The position numbers and the translations under genes are program-made. From Eledone cirrhosa (taxonomy: Eukaryota): DNA of 64,000 nt. The stretch lies in assembly GCA_964016885.1 (NCBI GenBank), contig OZ024757.1, forward strand, positions 3,162,001 to 3,226,000, read 5' to 3'. This document shows positions 54,275-64,000 of the stretch, one piece after another. The notes beneath the pieces are model-generated. The model made no database searches. It was not told where the DNA came from and saw nothing but the letters and a program-made list of their open reading frames with translations. Position 1 is the first letter of the stretch. Each line of letters begins with the position of its first letter.

Positions 54275-57200
54275 AGACATTCCCGCCACCAATCTGTAGT
54301 ATCAGCGTTGTGATCTCTCAATTCAGAGATTCTTTTCTCAGACATTCTAACAACATTTCTATAGTATCAGAGCTGTGATCTCTCAATTTAGAGATTCTTT
54401 CCTGAGGCATTCTAACCACATGTCTATATCATCAGAGCTGTGATCTCTCAATTCAGAGATTCTTTCTTGAGACATTCTAACCTCATGTCTGTAGTATCAG
54501 AGCTGTGATCTCTCAATTTAGAGATTCTTTCCTGAGACATTCTAACCACATATCTATAGTATTAGAGCTGTGATCTCTCAATTCAGAGATTCTTACCTGC
54601 GACATTCTAACCACATGTCTATAATATCAGAGCTGTGATCTCTCAATTTAGAGATTCTTTCCTGAGACATTCTAACCACATGTCTGTAGTATCAGAGCTG
54701 TGATCTCTCAATTCAGAGATTCTTTCCTGAGACATTCTAACCACATGTCTGTAGTATCAGTGCTGTGATCTCTCAATTTAGAGATTCTTTCCTGAGACAT
54801 TCTAACCACATATCTATAGTATTAGAGCTGTGATCTCTCAATTCAAAGATTCTTTCCTGAGACATTCTAACCACATGTCTGTAGTATCAGAGCTGTGATC
54901 TCTCAATTTAGAGATTCTTTCCTGAGACATTCTAAACACATATCTATAGTATTAGAGCTGTGATCGCTCAATTCAAAGATTCTTTCCTGAAACATTCTAA
55001 CCACATGTCTATAGTATCAGAGCTGTGATCTCTCCATTCAGAGATTCTTTCCTGAGACATTCTAACCACATGTCTGTAGTATCAGAGGTGTGATCTCTCA
55101 ATTCAGAGATTCTTTCCTGAGACATGCTAACCACATGTCTGTAGTATCAGTGCTGTGATCTCTCAATTCAGAGATTCTTTCCTGAGACATTCTAACCACA
55201 CGTCTGTAGTATCAGAGCTGCGATCTCTCAACTTAGAGATTCTTTCCTGAGACATTCTAACCACATGTCTTCAGTATTAGAGCTGTGATCTCTCAATCCA
55301 GAGATTCTTTCCTGAGACATTCTAACCACATATCTATAGTATTAGAACTGTGATCTCTCAATTCAAAGATTCTTTCCAGAGATATTCTTACCACATGTCA
55401 GTAGTATCAGAGCTCTGATCTCTCAATTCAGAGATTCTTTCCTGAGACATTCCCGCCACCAATCTGTAGTATCAGCGTTGTGATCTCTCAATTCAGAGAT
55501 TCTTTTCTCAGACATTCTAACCACATTTCTATAGTATCATAGCTGTGATCTCTCAATTTAGAGATTCTTTCCTGAGGCATTCTAACCACATGTCTATAGC
55601 ATCAGAGCTGTGATCTCTCAATTCAGAGATTCTTTCTTGAGACATTCTAACCTCATGTCTGTAATATCAGAGCTGTGATCTCTCAATTTAGAGATTCTTT
55701 CCTGAGACATTCTAACCACATATCTATAGTATTAGAGCTGTGATCTCTCAATTCAAAGATTCTTTCCAGAGATATTCTAACCACATGTCTGTAGGATCAG
55801 AGCCGTGATCTCTCAATTCAGAGATTCCTTCATGAGACATTCTAACCACATGTCTATAGTATCAGATCTGTGATCTCTCAATTCAGAGATTCTTTCCTGA
55901 GACATTCTAACCACATGTCTGTAGTATCAGAGCTGTGATCTCTCAATTCAGAGATTCCTTCATGAGACATTCTAACCACATGTCTATAGTATCAGAGCTT
56001 AGATCTCTCAATTCAGAGATTCTTTCCTGAGACATTCTAACCGCATGTCTGTAGTATCAGAGCTGTGATCTCTCAATCCAGAGACTCTTTCTTGAGACAT
56101 TCTAACGACATGTCTGTAGTATCAGGGCTGTGATCTCTCAATTCAGAGATTCTTACCTGCGACATTCTAACCACATGTCTATAATATCAGAGCTCTGATC
56201 TCTCAATTCAGAGATTCTTTCCTGAGACATTCCCGCCACCAATCTGTAGTATCAGCGTTGTGATCTCTCAATTCAGAGATTATTTTCTCAGACATTCTAA
56301 CCACATTTCTATAGTATCAGAGCTGTGATCTCTCAATTCAGAGATTCTTTCCTGAGACATTCTAACCCCATGTCTGTAGTATCAAAGCTGTGATCTCTCA
56401 AGTTAGAGATTCTTCTCCTGAGGCATTCTAACCACATGTCTTCAGTATTAGAGCTGTGATCTCTCAATCCAGAGATTCTTTCCTGACCCATTCTAACCAC
56501 ATATCTATGGTATTAGAGCTGTGATCTCTCAATTCAAAGATTCTTTACAGAGATATTCTTACCACATGTCTGAAGTATCAGAGCTGTGATCTCTCAATTC
56601 AGAGATTCTTTCCTGAGACATTCCCCCCACCAATCTGTAGTATCAGCGTTGTGATCTCTCAATTCAGAGATTCTTTTCTCAGACGTTCTAACCACATTTC
56701 TATATTATCAGAGCTGTGATCTCTCAATTCAGAGATTCTTTCCTGAGACATTCTAACCACATGTCTGTAGTATCAGAGCTGTGATCTCTCAATTTAGAGA
56801 TTCTTTCCTGAGACATTCTAACCACATGTCTATAGTGTCAGAGCTGTGATCTCTCAATTCAGAGATTCTTTCCTGAGACATTCTAATCACATGTCTGTAG
56901 TATAAGAGGTGTGATCTCTCAATTCAGAGATTCTTTCCTGAGACATGTTAACCACATGTCTGTAGTATCAGAGCTGTGATCTCTCAATTCAGAGATTCTT
57001 TCCTGAGACATTCTAACCACATGTCTGTAGTATCAGAGCTGTGATCTCTCAATCCAGAGATTCTTTCCTGAGACATTCTAACCACATATCTAGAGTATCA
57101 GAGCTGTGATCTCTCAATTTAGAGATTCTTTCCTGAGACATTCTAACCACATATCTATAGTATTAGAGCTGTGATCTCTCATTTCAAAGATTCTTTCCAG

Positions 57201-60200
57201 AGATATTCTTACCACATGTCTGTAGTATCAGAGCTGTGATCTCTCAATTCAGAGATCCTTTCCTGCGACATTCTAACCACATGTCTATAGTATCAGAGCT
57301 GTGATCTCTCAATTCAGAGATTCTTTCCTGAGACATTCTAACCACATGTCTGTAGTATCAGAGCTGTGATCTCTCAATTCAGAGATTCTTTCCTGAGACA
57401 TTCCCGCCACCAATCTGTAGTATCAGCGTTGTGATCTTTCAATTCAGAGATTCTTTTCTCAGACATTCTAACCACATTTTTATAGTATCAGAGCTGTGAT
57501 CTCTCAATTTAGAGATTCTTTCCTGAGGCATTCTAACCACATGTCTATAGCATCAGAGCTGCGATCTCTCAATCCAGAGATTCTTTTCTGAGACATTCTA
57601 ACCACATATCTATGGTATTAGAGCTGTGATCTCTCAATTCAAAGATTCTTTACAGAGATATTCTTACCACATGTCTGTAGTATCAGAGCTGTGATCTCTC
57701 AATTCAGAGATTCTTTCCTGAGACATTCTAACCACATGTCTATAGTATCAGAGCTGTGATCTCTCAATTCAGAGATTCTTTCCTGAGACGTTCTAACAAC
57801 ATGTCTGTAGTATCAGAGCTTTGATCTCTCAATTCAGAGATTCTTTCCTGAGACATTCTAACCACATGTCTGTAGTATCAGAGCTGTGATCTCTCAATCC
57901 AGAGATTCTTTCTTGAGACATTCTTACCACATGTTTGTAGTATCAGAGCTGTGATCTCTCAATTCAGAGATTCTTTCCTGCGACATTCTAACCACATGTC
58001 TGTAGTATCAGAGCTGTGATCTCTTAATTCAGAGATTCTTTCCTGAGACATTCTAACCACATGTCTGTAGTATCAGAGTGGTGATCTCTCAATCCAGAGA
58101 TTCTTTCTTGAGACATTCTTACCACATGTTTGTAGTATCAGAGCTGTGATCTCTCAATTTAGAGATTCTTTCCTGAGACATGCTAACCACATGTCTGTAG
58201 TATCAGAGCTGTGATCTCTCAATTCAAAAATTCTTTCCTGAGACATTCTAACCACATGTCTGTAGTATCAGAGCTGTGATCTCTCAATTTAGAGATTCTT
58301 TCCTGAGACATTCTAATCACATGTCTTCAGTATTAGAGCTGTCATCTCTCAATCCAGAGATTCTTTCCTGAGACATTCTAACCACATGTCTGTAGTATCA
58401 GAGCTGTGATCTCTCAATTCACAGATTCTTTCCTGCGATATTCTAACCACATGTCTGTAGTATCAGAGTGTGATCTCTTAATTCAGAGATTCTTTCCTGC
58501 GACATTCTAACCACATGTCTGTAGTATCAGAGTGTGATCTCTTAATTCAGAGATTCTTTCCTGAGACATTCTAACCCCATGTCTATATTATCAGAGCTGT
58601 GATCTCTCAATTCAGAGATTCTTTCCTGAGACGCTCTAACCACATGTCTGTAGTATCAGAGGTTTGATCTCTCAATTCAGAGATTCTTTCCTGAGACATT
58701 CAAACCACATGTCTGTAGTATCAGAGCTGTGATCTCTCAATTCAGAGATTCTTTCCTGTGACATTCTAACCACATGTCTGTAGTATCAGAGCTGTGATCT
58801 ATTAATTCAGAGATTCTTTCCTGAGACATTCTAACCACATGTCTATTGTATCAGAGCGGTGATCTCTCAATTCAGAGATTCTTTTCTGAGACATTCTAAC
58901 CACATGTCTATAGTATCAGAGATGTGATCTCTCAATTCATAGATTCTTTCCTGAGACATGCTAACCACATGTCTGTAGTATCAGAGCTGTGATCTCTCAA
59001 TTTAGAGATTCTTTCCTGAGACATTCTAACCACATGTCTATTGTATCAGAGCGGTGATCTCTCAATTCAGAGATTCTTTCCTGAGACATTCTAACCACAT
59101 GTCTATAGTATCAGAGATGTGATCTCTCAATTCAAAAATTCTTTCCTGAGACATTCTAACCACATGTCTGTAGTATCAGAGCTGTGATCTCTCAATTTAG
59201 AGATTCTTTCCTGAGACATTCTAATCACATGTCTTCAGTATTAGAGCTGTGATCTCTCAATCCAGAGATTCTTTCCTGAGACATTCTAAACACATATCTA
59301 TAGTATTAGAGCTGTGATCTCTCAATTCAAAGATTCTTTCCAGAGATATTCTTACCACATGTCTGTAGTATCAGAGCTGTGATCTCTCAATTCAGAGATT
59401 CTTTCCTGAGACATTCCCGCCACCAATCTGTAGTATCAGCGTTGTGATCTCTCAATTCAGAGATTCTTTTCTCAGACATTCTAACAACATTTCTATAGTA
59501 TCAGAGCTGTGATCTCTCAATTTAGAGATTCTTTCCTGAGGCATTCTAACCATATGTCTATAGCATCAGAGCTGTGATCTCTCAATTCAGAGATTCTTTC
59601 TTGAGATATTCTAACCTCATGTCTGTAGTATCAGAGCTGTGATCTCTCAATTTAGAGATTCTTTCCTGAGACATTCTAACCACATATCTATAGTATTAGA
59701 GCTGTGATCTCTCAATTCAGAGATTCTTACCTGCGACATTCTAACCACATGTCTATAATATCAGAGCAGTGATCTCTCAATTTAGAGATTCTTTCCTGAG
59801 ACATTCTAACCACATGTCTGTAGTATCAGAGCTGTGATCTCTCAATTCAGAGATTCTTTCCTGAGACATTCTAACCACATGTCTGTAGTATCAGTGCTGT
59901 GATCTCTCAATTTAGAGATTCTTTCCTGAGACATTCTAACCACATATCTATAGTATTAGAGCTGTGATCTCTCAATTCAAAGATTCTTTCCTGAGACATT
60001 CTAACCACATGTCTGTAGTATCAGAGCTGTGATCTCTCAATTTAGAGATTCTTTCCTGAGACATTCTAAACTCATATCTATAGTATTAGAGCTGTGATCG
60101 CTCAATTCAAAGATTCTTTCCTGAGACATTCTAACCACATGTCTGTAGTATCAGAGGTGTGATCTCTCAATTCAGAGATTCTTTCCTGAGACATGCTAAC

Positions 60201-62463
60201 CACATGTCTGTAGTATCAGTGCTGTGATCTCTCAATTCAGAGATTCTTTCCTGAGACATTCTAACCACACGTCTGTAGTATCAGAGCTGTGATCTCTCAA
60301 CTTAGAGATTCTTTCCTGAGACATTCTAACCACATGTCTTCAGTATTAGAGCTGTGATCTCTCAATCCAGAGATTCTTTCCTGAGACATTCTAACCACAT
60401 ATCTATAGTATTAGAACTGTGATCTCTCAATTCAAAGATTCTTTCCAGAGATATTCTTACCACATGTCAGTAGTATCAGAGCTCTGATCTCTCAATTCAG
60501 AGATTCTTTCCTGAGACATTCCCGCCACCAATCTGGAGTATCAGCGTTGTGATCTCTCAATTCAGAGATTCTTTTCTCAGACATTCTAACCACATTTCTA
60601 TAGTATCATAGCTGTGATCTCTCAATTTAGAGATTCTTTCCTGAGGCATTCTAACCACATGTCTATAGCATCAGAGCTGTGATCTCTCAATTCAGAGATT
60701 CTTTCTTGAGACATTCTAACCTCATGTCTGTAATATCAGAGCTGTGATCTCTCAATTCAGAGATTCTTTCTTGAGACATTCTAACCTCATGTCTGTAATA
60801 TCAGAGCTGTGATCTCTCAATTCAGAGATTCTTTCCTGAGACATTCCCGCCACCAATCTGTAGTATCAGCGTTGTGATCTCTCAATTCAGAGATTCTTTT
60901 CTCAGACATTCTAACAACATTTCTATAGTATCAGAGCTGTGATCTCTCAATTTAGAGATTCTTTCCTGAGGCATTCTAACCACATGTCTATAGCATCAGA
61001 GCTGTGATCTCTCAATTCAGAGATTCTTTCTTGAGACATTCTAACCTCATGTCTGTAGTATCAGAGCTGTGATCTCTCAATTTAGAGATTCTTTCCTGAG
61101 ACATTCTAACCACATATCTATAGTATTAGAGCTGTGATCTCTCAATTCAGAGATTCTTACCTGCGACATTCTAACCACATGTCTATAATATCAGAGCTGT
61201 GATCTCTCAATTTAGAGATTCTTTCCTGAGACATTCTAACCACATGTCTGTAGTATCAGAGCTGTGATCTCTCAATTCAGAGATTCTTTCCTGAGACATT
61301 CTAACCACATGTCTGTAGTATCAGTGCTGTGATCTCTCAATTTAGAGATTCTTTCCTGAGACATTCTAACCACATATCTATAGTATTAGAGCTGTGATCT
61401 CTCAATTCAAAGATTCTTTCCTGAGACATTCTAACCACATGTCTGTAGTATCAGAGCTGTGATCTCTCAATTTAGAGATTCTTTCCTGAGACATTCTAAA
61501 CACATATCTATAGTATTAGACCTGTGATCGCTCAATTCAAAGATTCTTTCCTGAAACATTCTAACCACATGTCTATAGTATCAGAGCTGTGATCTCTCCA
61601 TTCAGAGATTCTTTCCTGAGACATTCTAACCACATGTCTGTAGTATCAGAGGTGTGATCTCTCAATTCAGAGATTCTTTCCTGAGACATGCTAACCACAT
61701 GTCTGTAGTATCAGTGCTGTGATCTCTCAATTCAGAGATTCTTTCCTGAGACATTCTAACCACACGTCTGTAGTATCAGAGCTGCGATCTCTCAACTTAG
61801 AGATTCTTTCCTGAGACATTCTAACCACATGTCTTCAGTATTAGAGCTGTGATCTCTCAATCCAGAGATTCTTTCCTGAGACATTCTAACCACATATCTA
61901 TAGTATTAGAACTGTGATCTCTCAATTCAAAGATTCTTTCCAGAGATATTCTTACCACATGTCAGTAGTATCAGAGCTCTGATCTCTCAATTCAGAGATT
62001 CTTTCCTGAGACATTCCCGCCACCAATCTGTAGTATCAGCGTTGTGATCTCTCAATTCAGAGATTCTTTTCTCAGACATTCTAACCACATTTCTATAGTA
62101 TCATAGCTGTGATCTCTCAATTTAGAGATTCTTTCCTGAGGCATTCTAACCACATGTCTATAGCATCAGAGCTGTGATCTCTCAATTCAGAGATTCTTTC
62201 TTGAGACATTCTAACCTCATGTCTGTAATATCAGAGCTGTGATCTCTCAATTTAGAGATTCTTTCCTGAGACATTCTAACCACATATCTATAGTATTAGA
62301 GCTGTGATCTCTCAATTCAAAGATTCTTTCCAGAGATATTCTAACCACATGTCTGTAGGATCAGAGCCGTGATCTCTCAATTCAGAGATTCCTTCATGAG
62401 ACATTCTAACCACATGTCTATAGTATCAGATCTGTGATCTCTCAATTCAGAGATTCTTTCCTG
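53560..62463. repeat. Duplicated block at 101-monomer (6564 bp) offset: 53560-55899 and 60124-62463
   Basis: The TGGAGT monomer is at 53950 and 60514, and CTGCGATCTCTCAACTT at 55221 and 61785, both offset 6564. AGGATCAGAGCCG is present in both copies. Confidence 0.85.
55900..60058. repeat. Third, non-adjacent partial copy of the 84-mer block (matches ~30570-34700)
   Basis: It carries the same ordered private markers: CAGGGCT (~56125), 66-bp monomer (56402), TCTGAAGT, TAGTGTC, 64-bp doublet (58436), GAGATGTG..CAAAAA (~59115) and GAGCAGTG (~59765). Confidence 0.88.
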
Positions 62464-64000
62464 AGACATTCTAACCACATGTCTGTAGTATCAGAGCTGT
62501 GATCTCTCAATCCAGAGATTCTTTCTTGAGACATTCTAACCACATGTATGTAGTATCAGAGCTGTGATCTCTCAATTCAGAGATTCTTACCTGCGACATT
62601 CTAACCACATGTCTATAGTATCAGAGCTGTGATCTCTCAATTTAGAGATTCTTTCCTGAGACATTCTAACCACATGTCTGTAGTATCAGAGCTGTGATCT
62701 CTCAATTCAGAGATTCTTTCCTGAGACATTCTAACCACATGTCTGTAGTATCAGAGCTGTGATCTCTCAATTTAGAGATTCTTTCCTGAGACATTCTAAC
62801 CACATATCTATAGTATTAGAGCTGTGATCTCTCAATTCAAAGATTCTTTCCTGAGACATTCTAACCACATGTCTGTAGTATCAGAGCTGTGATATCTCAA
62901 TTTAGAAATTCTTTCCTGAGTCATTCTAAACACATATTTATAGTATTAGAGCTGTGATCTCTCAATTCAAAGATTCTTTCCTGAAACATTCTAACCACAT
63001 GTCTATAGTATCAGAGCTGTGATCTCTCAATTCAGAGATTCTTTCCTGAGACATTCTAACCACATGTCTGTAGTATCAGAGGTGTGATCTCTCAATTCAG
63101 AGATTCTTTACTGAGACATGCTAACCACATGTCTGTAGTATCAGTGCTGTGATCTCTCAATTCAGAGATTCTTTCCTGAGACATTCTAACCACACGTCTG
63201 TAGTATCAGAGCTGTGATCTCTCAACTTAGAGATTCTTTCCTGAGACATTCTAACCACATGTCTTCAGTATTAGAGCTGTGATCTCTCAATCCAGAGATT
63301 CTTTCCTGACACATTCTAACCACATATCTATAGTATTAGAGCTGTGATCTCTCAATTCAAAGATTCTTTCCAGAGATATTCTTACCACATGTCAGTAGTA
63401 TCAGAGCTCTGATCTCTCAATTCAGAGATTCTTTCCTGAGACATTCCCGCCACCAATCTGTAGTATCAGCGTTGTGATCTCTCAATTCAGAGATTCTTTT
63501 CTCAGACATTCTAACCACATTTCTATAGTATCATAGCTGTGATCTCTCAATTTAGAGATTCTTTCCTGAGGCATTCTAACCACATGTCTATAGCATCAGA
63601 GCTGTGATCTCTCAATTCAGAGATTCTTTCCTGAGACATTCTAACCACATGTCTATAGTATCAGAGCTGTGATCTCTCAATTCAGAGATTCTTTCCTGAG
63701 ACATTCCCGCCACCAATATGTAGTATCAGCGTTGTGATCTCTCAATTCAGAGATTCTTTTCTCAGACATTCTAACCACATTTTTATAGTATCAGAGCTGT
63801 GATCTCTCAATTTAGAGATTCTTTCCTGAGGCATTCTAACCACATGTCTATAGCATCAGAGCTGTGATCTCTCAATTCAGAGATTCTTTCCTGAGACATT
63901 CTAACCACATGTCTGTAGTATCAGAGCTGTGATCTCTCAATTCAGAGATTCTTTCCTGAGACATGCTAACCACATGTCTGTAGTATCAGAGCTGTGATCT

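Larger units (their letters stand above)
1..64000. repeat. 65-bp satellite DNA tandem array (~985 monomers, head-to-tail, one orientation, continuing past both window edges)
   Basis: The consensus recurs every 65 bp from position 1. Net register drift is only -2 bp over the window (nine 64-bp and seven 66-bp monomers), so monomer 985 starts at 63959. Most monomers differ from consensus by 0-4 substitutions. Confidence 0.99.

Noticed and set aside
1-64000. CRISPR array (65-bp period resembles repeat plus spacer, and there are palindromic segments)
   Set aside because: There are no unique spacers. All 65 positions are conserved between units, variation is point substitution arranged in HORs, and no cas genes or leader are present.
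1-64000. Repetitive protein-coding ORF
   Set aside because: 65 is not a multiple of 3. The consensus has plus-strand stops in all three frames (TAA 9, TAG 23, TGA 37). The minus strand has stops in two frames per monomer, and the third is closed by the frame shift in the next monomer.
1-64000. tRNA/SINE/5S-derived tandem gene cluster or telomeric repeat
   Set aside because: There is no cloverleaf, Pol III A/B box or 5S similarity that I can recognise. CTAACC occurs once per monomer, not as a tandem telomere tract.
1-64000. Embedded transposon, inversion or unique island
   Set aside because: The register is fully accounted for from base 1 to 64000 by 65-bp units with sixteen 1-bp indels, leaving no room for an out-of-register insertion. 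I saw no non-monomer or reverse-orientation sequence.

Overview
The whole 64,000-bp window is one uninterrupted head-to-tail tandem array (satellite DNA) in a single orientation. The monomer is 65 bp and about 40% GC, consensus AGACATTCTAACCACATGTCTGTAGTATCAGAGCTGTGATCTCTCAATTCAGAGATTCTTTCCTG. By register counting there are 984 full monomers plus a 42-bp partial copy starting at 63959. I see no genes, RNA genes, transposon insertions, inversions or unique sequence. Monomer variants form an alphabet that reveals layered higher-order repeats (HORs): 34/19/35-mer spacing at 5.5-12.5 kb, a 47-mer x3 at 12-21 kb, a ~60-mer duplication, an 84-mer duplication, a nested 31-14-28-14 (87-mer) expansion at 39-54 kb and a 101-mer offset duplication. 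The monomer is largely made of three dyad symmetries. One recurrent, ~15% divergent monomer type (TTCCCGCCACCAAT) is interspersed throughout. The architecture is typical of eukaryotic (peri)centromeric or heterochromatic satellite. I do not recognise the family or organism, and any function is inference. All counts were made by eye.
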